From the human T2T-CHM13v2.0 reference genome, Homo sapiens, in NCBI RefSeq assembly GCF_009914755.1, contig NC_060926.1: 64,000 nucleotides of DNA; one strand, written 5' to 3'. Below the pieces are notes generated by a model that searched no databases, was not told the origin of the DNA, and was given only the letters and a program-made list of their open reading frames with translations. Every line of letters begins with the position of its first letter. The first letter of the stretch is position 1. A program made the position numbers and the translations under genes. Below are positions 27,839 through 41,877 of the stretch, one piece after another.

Positions 27839-28917
27839 GTATGTTCATGTTAATTTTTTATGTATTTCTAGAACCTCTTGGTGAAAAGAAAGGTGTAAGT
27901 TGAGTTTTTCTATTTTATTCCTTCGTTGTTTCTCAATAGTTTTGATATTATAACTGTGGTACAGTTATATGTTATGTTTATTTAAATGAACACTTGCAGG
28001 ATATGGGAAAGTGGACTTTCACATATACTATACTATATGGTAGAACTCTAAGTTTATAAAACTTCCTAAAAAGCAATTTGCCAGTAAATAGCAGCAAAAG
28101 CTTTTGAAAACATCTATGCCTTTTGAACCAAAAACTCAAGTCCTAAGACTATATCATAAGAAAATATTTGTTCAGGTACTCAAAAATATATATGCGAGGA
28201 TGTGTATCACAGTATAATGTCTAATCATGGAAAGCTAGAAACAAATATTCAGTAGTTACACTGATCTATATGAATAGCTATGTAGCCAAGAAAAGTGATG
28301 ATAATAGGTATTAACTTGTAAGAATATGTGGACGATATATAGCAAAATGAACAAAGCAGGATACATAAATAAGTGTTTTTTTCATTTATGCAGAAAAAGG
28401 TGATTCTTGTGTGAAGTTATATGTATAGGAAAAGAAGAATTCTGATAGAATATATAAACCAAAATATTAACTGGAATAATTCACAGGTGATAAAAATTTG
28501 GGTAGCATTTACTTTTTATTCTTTTTGGCTGTCTGCATTTTCTAATTTTCCCATAATAAGCATGGAGTCATAATACAAATAATTATCTTAAATAAGAAAC
28601 GCATACCTGAAAATGTGAATATAAAAGTTGAATTGTTGCTGACAGATGCAAAGAGCATATTTCTAGTTTTCTAAATTCTGCATATTTTACATACTGCTGG
28701 CTTTTGGAGAGCAGGGGTTTTGTGTGTTTGTTTAGTGGGAAGGAAAAAATATAAATGGACAACTTGTCAAAGTAACTATTACCTAAAGAATTTTCTAAAA
28801 CTCCTACCTTAAAATGTATTCTCTTTATGGTTTTGAGTTTGTATTATTTTTTGCTTTTTCAGGTGGTACCAAAAATAAGGGTTTTCTGCTAATGTCCAAG
28901 AGGTTTTTGTCTTGCAG

Positions 28918-29036
28918 ATAACAATTATGGCTGTGTTCCTCTGCTTGAAGACAGTGAAACAAGAAAGAATAATTTGACTCTTGATCAGCCACAAGATAAA
29001 GTGATTTCAGGAATAGCAAGAGAAAAACTACCAAAG
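28918..29036 (+). CDS. TANK: TANK exon 4, DNNYGCVPLL...AREKLPK
   Basis: Acceptor cttgcag|AT; donor AAG|gtagac; 119 nt; frame fits both neighbours. Absent from the ORF track and translated by hand. Confidence 0.96.
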
Positions 29037-29069
29037 GTAGACATTGCTTCTGCAGAAAGCAGCATTTAA
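29037..29069 (+). CDS. TANK: Read-through tail VDIASAESSI* of a short 119-aa TANK isoform
   Basis: Frame continues 10 codons past the exon 4 donor to TAA at 29067-29069; AATAAA at 29199-29204. Consistent with my recollection of an annotated short isoform. Confidence 0.75.
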   Translation, partial: VDIASAESSI

Positions 29070-29285
29070 ATGCTGATGCGTGACATAGCTTCCTCATTTT
29101 ATTTTTCTGAAGTGATCTGCTGGAATTCCAAACAGAAGTTCCATATATACAAATATGTGGCTTAAATATTTCTAAATAGAAGAACTATTTTCAAGTAAAA
29201 TAAAGGCTGAGGTTTTGTATTTCCTACTGACCGTTTTTCTACATCACAAGCATTTCAACAAAGAAAACATTTAACAAAGAAATAG

Positions 29286-29590
29286 GGCTGGACACAGTGA
29301 CTCACTCCTGTAATTCAAACACTTTGGGAGGCCAAGGAGGGAGGATCACTTGAGCTCAGCAGTTTGAGACCAGCCTGGGCAACATAGGGGGATCCCTATC
29401 TCTATAAAAAATGAAAAAATTAGCCACGCAGAATGGCACACGCCTGCAGTCCCAGTTACTCAGTAGGAGGATTGTTTGGGCCTAAGAAGTCAAGGCTGCT
29501 GCAGTGACCCATGATCATGACACTGCATTCCAGTTTGGGTAACAGAGTGAGACCCTATCTCTAAATAAATAAATAAATGAATTAATGAAT
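29286..29590 (+). mobile_element. AluJ-like
   Basis: Diverged dimeric Alu with a TAAA/TGAA tail. Confidence 0.9.
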
Positions 29591-30018
29591 GAATGCCACA
29601 TACATATGTACATATATGTGTGTGTGTGGTGTGTGTGTGTATATATATAAACAATGAAATAAAAGATTAAAATCAGGTAAATAATAAGACACAGATTAGA
29701 TAATAGCTTTCTAGCTTTTTCTTCAATAGTCTGTGCTTAGTTTAAAAGAAAAATACACCCAACTAGCTTAAGCAAGACTCTATTGAAGTAATACAGAAAG
29801 AAATAGTACATATCTGCAAGGAGACATATACAAGGACGTTCATGCCATGGGTTAGAAACAACCTAAATATCCACCAATAATAGAATAGTCCATCTTTAGA
29901 AACTCTTTAGAAAAATTAAAATATACTAAATATATATTAATTTGCCTAAATTTCAATAGCAATGTTGAGTAAAGATGGAAATTACAAAATGATAAAATGG
30001 GAATACTTTATGTAGTTT

Positions 30019-30188
30019 GTTGTTGTTGTTGGTTTTGTTTTGTTTTGTTTTTGGATTTTTTTTGGAAATGAAGTCTTGCTCTGTCACCCAGGCTGGAGTG
30101 CAGTGGTGCAATCTCTGCTCACTGCAACCTCCACCTCCTGGGTTCAAGCAATTCTACAGGCGCATGCTGCCATGCGTGGCTAATTAGG
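30019..30188 (-). mobile_element. Alu right-arm fragment with internal deletion
   Basis: 16-bp TSD atactttatgtagttt on both sides. Confidence 0.85.
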
Positions 30189-32739
30189 ATACTTTATGTA
30201 GTTTTTAAAACATAACATTAATGTTTGTGAAAACACAAATATGTAATAAAAGTATAAAAACCTGTACAGGAAGGGCACACATCTTCTTTAGAAAAACGAT
30301 CACCTCTAGAATTGGGGAGAAAAGAGACTGTGATATCTGAAAAAGGAATAATGAGGGCTTCAGCAGTTATATCTGCAACTTTTTTTTTTAATAGAAGAGA
30401 GCCAAGCAAGTATGCAAAATGTTAACACTTGTTAACTCAGTAGTATATGTATGTATATTATATTGTTCTCCATGTTTTCATAAGTCATTGAAATTTTATA
30501 AGTTTGAAAAGGATATTTTTAATGAGATGAGTTGGCTTTTAGTGGGACGATACATATTTTGAATAAAATACGAACTCCTAGCAAATAAGGTTTCTTAACA
30601 TCAACAAGAACAATTAAATCAAGAGTGCTATATTTATTTCTTTCCTTCTAAATAAAGTAGGAGATTTTCACTTTGTTAGGGTTATTCAGTTACTGATTGC
30701 ATAACTAAGACTATCTTACTATTTAACATCAAATCTGAGAAATCCAATTTTGAGAGCTTTTTTCTATAAATAAAAATTTTAGAATAAGAAGTTCTCTTGG
30801 TACCCCTTAGTACATATATTTTTATTTTAAACCATTCTTTGAGTCATTCAGTTTTCTTCACCCCCATTCGAATTTTCATTTATCTAAAAATGCTGATAAA
30901 CACAGAAACCATGGCAATGAAATATACTAGGTTTATTTTGCAAAAGAGGAAATTGAGAAACAATGATTCTGACTTTTTGGAATGCAATTTTTTTACTAGG
31001 CCTATTGTAGTACATTATAAAATTGTTGAATTACTATACTGACATAAATTTAGTGCTTAAATAAACAATATTTCTAATCTTCCTCTTTCAATGTCTTCCA
31101 AATGCCATTACTTAACTGCAAATTTAATAATAATTTATAGCATTCCTTTGAAAGTAATAGAATATCTCCAGTTTAAAGTATGTAGAAGGTAGTTTTGAAA
31201 ATAAAACCTTGGTTAGAACAAAAGGGATGATGTGAAAAGTTCTAAGATATAGTAATAGTTTTGTTTTTTTTAATTTGGATAATTTGTTATTTATGCAAGT
31301 TTTAGAGTTTATTTTCAGTCAATAAGTATCAAAAGCAGACCTTCAATGGAAATCTTTTTAAAAATTATATTTGTTTAAATTCTGTAAGCTAAGTATTTTA
31401 TCTGTGAAATATATATTTGGATACCTGGGATGAAATTAAGTTTAAGTAACAGAAATCATTTCAGAGATAGCCTGTGTGCAAAGAGTGAATAATATTACAT
31501 CAATTATAACTATATTTTTGGGCAGACGGTAAGAGGAAAAGCTCCAAGTAAGGAATAAACCTAACTTCAGCGAGTTCTCTTAATTATCTTTACTAATAGG
31601 GGAAAGGTTTATGTTTTAGCCACATTTTTATACTTTGAATAGTTCATCAACTCAATTTTCTTTGTAACCATTTAATAAAAATAAAAATTAACTGTCTTGC
31701 AGTTCAGCTTTCTCTTTTTTTATGTATCTCTAGCCAAAGTGCTAATGAGCACTAAACGTATAAGGGATTAAAGAAAAGAGAAAATATATTGTAAAAGAAT
31801 GGATAAATTAGATTTATTGAATATTTGAGAGTTGGCTGTGTGCTTAGTGTAAAAAATTAGGCCTATGTTAGAAAAAATACTGGCCCATCAAGCAATGGAA
31901 ATTAAAATATGTTCCATTGGCCTATGTGTTGATCTATACTTAGTGAGTTATAATTCACCTTTAGCTAATACAGGTGAAACCTTTCCTAAAGAACTCTGAA
32001 TATATGGTTATATTCAAGCTTCTTCCACAATGAAAAAAATCCATGTCTGTTGCAGTTTTTTAAAAGTATGCACCCACATGGATGAGAACTGGAAGGCATT
32101 ATAGAGAAATGGTTAAGGTGATGGTATGATTCTTTTTTATTCTATTTTTAATATACTTTAATGGTCTTCTGCAAAACTAACCTATTTCTAGAAATCACAT
32201 TCCCAATCAATTGGCCTAGCTTCTATAATGAATTAGTAAGTTAATAGAAATGCTTTGAACCAGTAACAGAAGGAAGCCACTACGAGCCACCCACAGTGCT
32301 TTCCTCCTTCTGTTTGGTGGGTGGTTTGAGGATTTGTTTTCTTTAGACAATTTGTTTTGTTTAGGATTTTGTTTTGTCAGGATGTTTGAGAAGGGAAAGA
32401 CTTGTGGACATTTTGGCAAATAGCCACTCTGGCTGCCTTGGAAAAAAGAGACACAAAGTAGAGGCAAGAGGGATATTTGAAGGGGAAAGAGGCCCTTTTA
32501 GAAAATTTTACTTAAGAAACATGAAATTTATAGTTCAGTCTCTATTCATGTTATTCCTACACAAAAAGAATGCAAAAATCCTTTGACTTCTAAAGGGACA
32601 GAAAGAGGTAAAGACAAAGCCTCTATCATTAGATGACCCTTAGTACTCTGCTTGAGACAGTAGGGAAGGAAATACTCAGTTTAATGGAAAACCTTAGTTT
32701 TGTCTTTTGTACACCACAGTAATTTGCACAGTCCTTTGC

Positions 32740-33200
32740 ATTATCTATCATATTATTCCAGACTTACCCCAAAACTTAGGGCTTAGAACGACAAATTTAC
32801 CTGAGTTTCTATGGGTCAGAAATTCACCCAGTGACTTACCTGGGTGGCCCTGACTCAGGGTCTCTTATGTTGAAGTCAGGATGTGGACAAGGACTGCAGT
32901 CATCCGAAGGCTTAACTGGTTGGAGGATCCACTTCCAAGATGAGTCACTCACATGACTGTTGGCAGGAGGCCTTTCCATATGAGCCTCTCTGCACAAACT
33001 GATAGCTAACTTCACTCAAAGTAAGGGATCTGAGAGAGAGAAAGGTGCCCTCTGTGACGTAGTCTCAAAGTCACATTCCTTCACTTCCACTTAATTTTGT
33101 TCATTAGAAGCAAGTCACTAAGTAGTGGGGCAAGAAATTAAGCTGCACCCCTTGAAGGGAAAAGTATCTAAGTTTCATAGATATATTTTAAAAGCAACAC
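32740..33200. mobile_element. Old MLT1-type LTR
   Basis: Motifs ccccaaaacttag, tccacttccaagatg and cattagaagcaagtcactaag. Confidence 0.6.
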
Positions 33201-34597
33201 AGGTATTGTAGATTGTGGTGTACAGAAGAGGATGTGAAAGATCAAGAGACAAGGGGGCTGATACTTAATTTACCTTATGACAAATATTGATGAAACGTAA
33301 GGGAACTTAATATTCACTTAATAGTGAATTAAATTCCTGAATTATGTGATTATTAATCCTAAAGGGAAAAAATATCATAGCCTGTCATCTGAAGAACAAT
33401 TTCAAAAATTCTAATATGAATATACTTTCCAGAGGAGAATAATAGCAATGCTTAGAGAACTAAGAAATTGTTGCATATTACTAATTCTTTTTTATAATGT
33501 TAAAAACTGAAAATGCAGATAGGAAATCAGATAACAAAAATGCACACAATTATTCTTGACAAAGACTATTCATCTCTTGTTTACAGAACACCATTTTCAG
33601 ACATAGTAACTTATGTCCATGTTAGCAGTTACTATTTAAATAACAAGTTTTGTATTTGTGTAACAAATATAAAGACATTCTATAAAAATACAAAACTATA
33701 AATTGTCAGTTTAATTCACTTTTTTAAAAACCAGGATTGTAATGTACTGTGTCACTTATATAATCTCAGAAATGAGATTTTTATAATTTGCTTCTGGGAA
33801 ATAGTTTGGTTGCCAAACTAAATACTATCTTGAGTGTCTAGGTTTTGACAGAAATTGTTTGCCCTCATCTTTCTATGCTACTTTTTGTTCCTGTGGAGAA
33901 TTATACAAAATTCTCCGGTGGTTTGATGCAAGAAAATATGTAGAAAGCAATAATATAGAAGACAAAAAATTTGGTGATATTGGTAAATTATTTTTCTTCA
34001 TTTATCCAGTAATTCTGAATTCATGATGTATACTTAACACTGCCAACCACTGGAGAGCAAAGAGATGTTGTCCCTGTCTTCTGGCTTAAAGTCTTGATTT
34101 AATAATTAACATTATTGAATGTTGAAAAGTTATTTCAGATTCTAGGATCCAAAATATGAAGTGAACATGGTATGAGTTCACTAATTAAATAGAGTTTATG
34201 TGTTCTCATGTCTATATATTTCTAATTTGTTCTTTAAACATGTCTTTATTTTTCATCTGAGTTAATCAAAAACTCAAGTAAATGACGAGTGCAGTTACTG
34301 AAAGATGTCAGTTAAACAGTTTGCAGATTTCGAATATAGCTATCATTGTGATTAGATCAGCAGATATGGTGGCTTTGAGGAACAAGAAAGATTTTTTAGG
34401 TTTAGAATAGTATAAACAGTGATATAGCTGTGGAGCTGGCAATTGCAAGCAGTAAGATGTGCTGTACCTGACAACTTCAAGTAAATATAGAAGCTCTGAC
34501 ATATTTGAAGAAAGCTGTTGTCTAAAAAGTCATTTGTCAATCACTTACACAAGAAGTAGTTATTGAACTCCTATTTGCCAAGCCTTGCTAGTCATTA

Positions 34598-34995
<398 letters not shown>

Positions 34996-36304
34996 TTAGG
35001 ACCTTAATTTAAAAATTAAAATTCTCAGTGAGCTTAAGATAGGCTTGATCAAGGGCCCAAAGTTTAAGTTCAAATACAGAAAAGAAGACAAGTTCTTACT
35101 TGCCTTTATCTTGGTTATGTGTGCATAGATAAGTAAAGTTAAATTTTCTACAAGACTTTGATGGAAAAAGGATAATTTCTAGACAAGAGCCAGAATTATT
35201 CTAGGTCACTTGGGAGAGAATATTATGTATGTAAACTGAAAGCTAAAACTGAGGGTTTTGAATGAGCCATTTCATTTACCATAACCATTTTTAGTTGACA
35301 TAATCATGGCTTCAGAGGAGAAAGTGCTTTCTACCTTTTTCTTAACTTTATTCTATAGACAGTCCTTCAGTGAGCGGCATTTACGCATGGTCTGCTTCTT
35401 CAATTATGTATAGCAGTTTTGGCAGGCAGTACATGAACTTGAACTCTGTTTTGCTTTCTGATCTTCTGTAGCTAATAAAATCCTAATCTCACAGGTCTAG
35501 GTCTTAGATGGCATTCCCATCCTTACACTGTTCATATCTTATATACACTGGACTTCAAGTGCAGTGCCCACTTAGGGATCTTCGTCTGAGTTTTGGGCCC
35601 CTGTAGCTTCTCTCAACACTCCAGACACTTTCTGTTGCAAGTCCCTTAATCCACATTTGTTTGTTAAGTTGCTGTATGTTGTCCAGGTACCTGGTTTTAT
35701 ATTCATTGTAAAAGCTTTAAAATGGTTTATAGGTAAATGATAAATATGTTTTTCATCATTTGAACAAAAGCTAAAAATTAGGCCGTTAGTCAACATATTT
35801 AGCTACTAAGTGATTTCTATGGAAAAGCCAAATCTCATTTACATCATCTAAACACATAGCACCTCTTCTAAAAGAGGAACTTGAAATAAATGTAATTGCA
35901 TGTGTTTGTTACTCAACTTTTTAAAAATTTGCCCCTGAATTCCTTTAATGTTTAATCTTTTCTATCTTTTATCATACAGAAATGGTGATTATGCACACTG
36001 TACAATGGCACAGGCCAATGTAGGCTGGGGCTTAGAGAACTGGAGAAAAACGTGTTTGTGTGTAGTACCTCAGGTACTCCTTGCCTTGCAGTCCAAAGCA
36101 AATGTACCGCTTCTCCTGGTTTTCTTTCTAGAAACTGCATTATATATACCCTATTTTTATATATAATGCTTCTGTATTACTCCTCTGGAGACTAGCCTTT
36201 TTTATAGACTTTCTGGTAGAATGTTAATTAGAAAGGAAAATAACTATCTTCAACCAATTTATTCATTAAAAGTTCAGTTTTTTCCAAAGAGTCATAATAC
36301 ATAA

Positions 36305-36603
<299 letters not shown>

Positions 36604-37071
36604 GATACACAAACTCTTAAGAAAACAAATATTGATATCCAAAACATTTTAATAATTACATTGAAATTTTCTATTGCAGAAACTGTGTTTCCAATCTAAA
36701 TTATTAATTAATCCTAACCCTTTCCTGCTCTGGGTTTGTGTTTTTGAATTCAGTACATCATCTTACAGTTTTTGCTTTTGTTAAAATACTGGAAATAATT
36801 TTGAGGAAGAAAAGAAAATAAGAAGTGATATGTCACCTTCTAAATTGTCTTTCCTAACTTAGAAGCAAATTCGAATGTCTCTAGTATGGCTTTTCTCTCC
36901 TTATTTCCCCTATCATCCCTTTTCTCACACTTCTCTTTATTTAAAACTTGTCTTCAAAGCACACAAAATAGAGTCGATAAGAGTCTATCCAGCCCTGATT
37001 TCTCTTGGCCAAGGAATGAAAGGCTGTTCTCTAAACCTTGATAGGTAAGGAATAGCCCCCTGTCCACCTCC

Positions 37072-37501
37072 ATCTTAGTCTGTATTGCTGTAAAGGAATA
37101 CCTGAGGCTGGGGATTTATAAAGAAAAAAGGTTTATTTGGCTCATGATTTTGATATCTGTAAAAGTTCAAGATTGGACATTGACATCTGGCAAGGGCCAC
37201 AGGCTGCTTCCACTCATGGCCGAAGGCAAAGAGGAGCCAGCATTGCAAAGATCCCATGATGAGAGAGGAAGCAAGAGAGAGAGGGGAGGTGGCAGACTCT
37301 TTTTAACAACCAGTTTTCTCAGGGGCTAAAAGAGTAAGAACTCACTCACCTGCCATCCTTACCCCCACAGCCCCCAGGATTTCTCTATTCATGAGGGATC
37401 TGCCCCCATGACCCAGACCCCTCCCATTAGGCCCCACCTCCAACATTGGGGATCAAATTTTAAAATCAGAGTTGGAGGCGACAAGTATCCAAACTATAGC
37501 A
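37072..37501. mobile_element. MST-like MaLR solo LTR
   Basis: tcttagtctgtattgctgtaaaggaatacctgaggctg...ccaaactatagca. Confidence 0.8.
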
Positions 37502-37563
37502 CCCACAAACCATCTAGTTTATCTTATTATTATAACCTGTCATCCTAAAAGTTCTCAAAATCT

Positions 37564-37862
37564 GGCTGGGCGCAGTGGCTCACGCCTGTAATCTCAACAT
37601 TTTGGGAGGCCAAGGTGGGTGGATCACTTGAGGTCAGGAGTTTGAGACCAACCTGGCCAACGTGATGAAACCCTGTCTCTACTAAGAATACAAAAATTAG
37701 CCAGGCATGATGGTGGGTGCTTGTAATCCCAGCTACTCTGGAGGCTGAGGCAGGAGAATCGCTTGAACCTAGGAGATGGAGGTTGCATGAGCCAAGATCA
37801 CACCACTGCACTCCAGCCTGGGCAAGCGTGAGACTTTGTCTCAAAAAAAAAAAAAAAAGAAA
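37564..37862 (+). mobile_element. AluS-like
   Basis: Full-length Alu with an A tail and degenerate TSD. Confidence 0.95.
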
Positions 37863-38009
37863 ATTTCTCTAAATCTGTTTTGAAGGTTTTTTTTTTTTTC
37901 AGTGTTATGAAATGCTTCTACATTCAACCTGCTGTTATTTTTTTTTTTTTTGGTTGAATTGTATGATGAAAATTCAGCCTCAAATAGATATTGTATTTGA
38001 AAAGGGGAA

Positions 38010-39449
38010 GAGTATTTTAATAGCTTTTTTAGCGATTGTGGATAGTCTTTGATACTACACTAAAACTTGGTAGTGTCTTAAAATGTTAGCTGCAATATGG
38101 AATCTGAAAGCGTATCAATGAACTTTTCTGCTACATTAAAAGCTGTTGGTCTATCTTGTACTTTGAGTATGTCTTTTACTAATGTATGATTCTGTAACAT
38201 CATGAATCAATCATTTGGAAAATATTGGTTCACTAAGTTATGTAGATCTTGCAAATGTTGACCTATTATATAATATTTTTAAATCACATTTAACATCATC
38301 ACTGATTGCATCAGAAAAATCTTTCAAGTATTGGGCATCTGTCAAGCTTACTGTGACAGGTACAGGTCTTCCAAAATTTTAATTTTCACTTGAAAGCTCA
38401 AATTTTATCATTGGCAACAAATCTTGTCTGTTGCTTTCCTTAACATGACAGGCTAACTTCATTTGCTTTTGAGAAAATGTCTGAATAACCATAGCTTGTG
38501 TGTCAGTCATTCTTTCAAGCAAAAATGGCATTCCATTAGAAAAGTAACCAGTTTACTTGCAACTCAAATAGTTGCACAAGTACTTTTCCCCAAGACAATA
38601 ATTGTACTTCAGTATGCAGCAGAAGTCCTTTTGTGTATACTTCCCATTTTGTCACACAAAATATTAAAAATATGTTGAGATCAAGTTTCAATAAAAGTAA
38701 TCACTTTTACTGCCTTATTAAGGACATTCTTAGTTGAAACTGCCTTTTTTTGCTGGTTTTTTTTTTTTTAACTGAGTGTGTGACATTAAAGAATACAGTG
38801 ACAACAGTTTGATATGGCCTTAGTCATACTCGGGCACCAGCAGTTTTATTCATTGTTTTTGCATCATCAGTCTAAATGCCAACACAGTAAAAAATGCAAA
38901 TATTAATAATATCTTAATTGTGACAATAGTTGATTTCAATTATGTCAGGCTCTGGGATTTCATTTTATTCTACTTACAAGCTAATAAGTTAGTTACTGTT
39001 TCATGGGTGGGTACTGGAGGAAAACAGAAAAGTGAATCAGAGAAAAAGGACTTTATTATTTACAGTAAAGCTAGTAGCGAAGAACATCTTATTTTCATTG
39101 GTCCTGCCTAGGAGGTAACACAGACACAGATGATGCTTATACATGCAATGGTTACATTAAAGGAGAGGCATATTGAGCTTGGGGAACCCACCATTTTATA
39201 GCAGGCAGTAAGCATGCCTGCTCTTTGTCCAAGAGGGAGACATTACCTAGTCTTTCAAATTTGCTCTGCAAACACAAGCCTAAGAAAAGGCTCCGGTAAA
39301 GAACAGTGAGATTCTTGTATTCCTGACATGAACAGCAAAAATGTGCCAGGATGCTCAGGGGCCATGGCAGATTACCTCTCCCAACAGTGGATCCCTTGAA
39401 AGGCTCTTGGGACCTTTAAGGATCCTGGACCATATTTTGAGAACCACTG
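38010..39449. mobile_element. hAT DNA transposon relic (Charlie1-like) with a nested LTR-like insert (~38945-39390)
   Basis: Terminus ttttgagaaccactg; internal catttggaaaatattggttcact...gcaaatgttgac matches Charlie1 as I remember it. Confidence 0.65.
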
Positions 39450-41826
39450 GTTTAACCAGATTATAATTTCCTGTTAGAAAAAAATCATATTGCCTTTTTC
39501 TTAGTAAGTTACTTTTCATCCTCCTGAAAAAATGTCATGTTCTAAGAATATTCCAGCATCTCCTCAGGAACCTTTATTTGTACATGGAGGTCCTAATGCT
39601 TCCTCATCAGTTCTTTTCACATACATTGGATAATCAATTGTCTTATATCTTCATACTTTAAATCGTGATGCTTGTAAATTAATCTATATTAAGTCTAGAG
39701 CAGACTCTGAATTTTGACTCTAATTTGTTAAAAGATAGTTTGATAGTAGATACCTGCATTTTCTAGTATGTTCCATAAAACCCTAGGACTATGAAGTGCT
39801 GCATACTAGGTACTCTGTTTTTTTAATTTTTAAAGGCGCAAGACTGTATCTGGGATCTGAAATCAATACTAAGAAAACCACTTAGCTTTGTTTAAGTACA
39901 GGATCTTCAGCTAACACTCTTCCCAGTATTGTATTTTAACATCCTCTAACTGGATTCTTAGTTCCTTCTAAGATACTGCTAGATTTTGAGGGTAGAGGAG
40001 GGGGAAGAGTCACCTAATTTTTCATTTGCACCTATACACTCTGAGCTTCTCTGCTGCTTGGTTAAGCAGTGTCTTGCTATGTTACGAAAGCTGATTTATT
40101 TCCTGAAAGATTTTTTTTCTTTGCCAGTTAGTCATCTTTCTATATACTTATGCTCTAAGCTATATATCTTAGAATCCTAATAAAACTATTGTATAGCAGT
40201 TTCCACACATTCTGCATTGTCATTAACCTGTGGTTTTTGTCTCCCTCCCTGATAAGTCCCTTTTGGAAACAAATAATTCTAAGACGAGCATCTTTTATTG
40301 TCTCTTTCCTGTTATGTTTGTCAATAGTAGTGTGATTTTTGCATTTAAGCTTAGTTTCCTCTAAGTAATTCCATATTTAATGGATTTACTCATTGTTATT
40401 TCTGCTCCTAATTTCTCTTGACTATTTAACATTAAAGACAGCATGTTTCCCTCTACATTTTATCTTAATAATATTATAGGGAGCCACTGACTTGTCTGTA
40501 TTCTCTAGAAGTTACATCTGGACCGTATGTCTGCTAGACGGCCAAATGGCCACAGTGAATCTCCTTGCTTTCCTTCTTGCTTCTGCTAATTGAACATTCT
40601 CTCCTGCTTTCTCTTTTTTACCTGTGCTGCAGCCTGAGACTCCTCACTTCTGTCCTCAGCTCTTGCTTCTCATCTTATCCTGAGCCGTAAGCATAAAGTG
40701 ATAATTTTTTGATAAAGCTGAATCTAAAACTCTTCTTCCTACTTTTTTTCTTTTTGATAAATGTTCATTCCCCTTTGACATGAAGAATATACTAGGTCTT
40801 GGTAGTTTATTTTTTACTAAGTTCTTTCTTGGCCAAAAAAAAAAAAAAAAAGTTGGTGAGGCCCCCAGTTGGGAATTTTATTACTCAGGAAAGGCCTAAC
40901 CTCAGTTTCTTGAGGGTTTCTCCTGCCCTAAGATTTTTTGATGCTAACAGAAAAGAAGACAAGTTCTTATTTGCCTTTATCTTGGTTATGTGTGCATAGA
41001 TACGTAAAGTTAAATTTTCTACAAGATGTTAATGGAAAAAGGATAATTTCTAGACAAGAGCCACAATTATTCTAGGTCACTTGGGAGAACATTATGTAAA
41101 CTGAAAGCTAAAACTGAGAGTTTTGAATGAGCCATTTCATTTACCATAACCGTTTTTAGGTGATATAATCATGGCTTCAGAGGAGAAAGTGCTTCCTATC
41201 TTTTTCTTACTTTATAGACGGAATGCTGCTGTAAACATTTGTATACAGGTTTCTGTGTGAACATAAATTTTGAAGTGCCCAGGAGTGCATTCATTGGGTC
41301 ATATAGTACTTACATGTTTGGAGTTTTTTTGTTTGTTTATTTTAAGAAACAGACAAAATGTTTTCTAGAGTGGTGAAGGGTATTGGTAGTTTTGTTTTTA
41401 CAGGCAGTGAACTTGATTAGCTCAGGGTAAGTGTCACTCCTATGGAGAGGGGCAGCTCCAATCTCCATTCAATCCTTAGAGCTTTAGCTGCAAAGCTTTT
41501 AGCCTCGCACAACCTGGAGACTGCCAGAGACTTGGGCTGAATTTAAACTCAGAATTTAAGGTTCTCAAATTCTCTAGGGCTCCTTTCCTTCACTCTCTGG
41601 TGACCATGGTTATGATCTCATTCTCCTTCTTGGTTCTTCCAGCCAGAATGTTAGTGGGCTTTGTTACTGGAATTTCAGCCACTACTGTGCCTCTACTGCA
41701 GTGTGGCCATCATCAGGACAAAACCATAGAAAACTGGGAATGCACTCTAAGCCAATTACTTACTACACATTTTTTACTCTCCTCCAATATATGCAAAGTT
41801 CAGTCTTCAGTGTTTTCAGGTAGTTG

Positions 41827-41829
<3 letters not shown>

Positions 41830-41876
<47 letters not shown>
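41830..41876. repeat. (GT)n microsatellite, about 23 units
   Basis: Directly visible. Confidence 0.97.
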
Positions 41877-41877
<1 letters not shown>

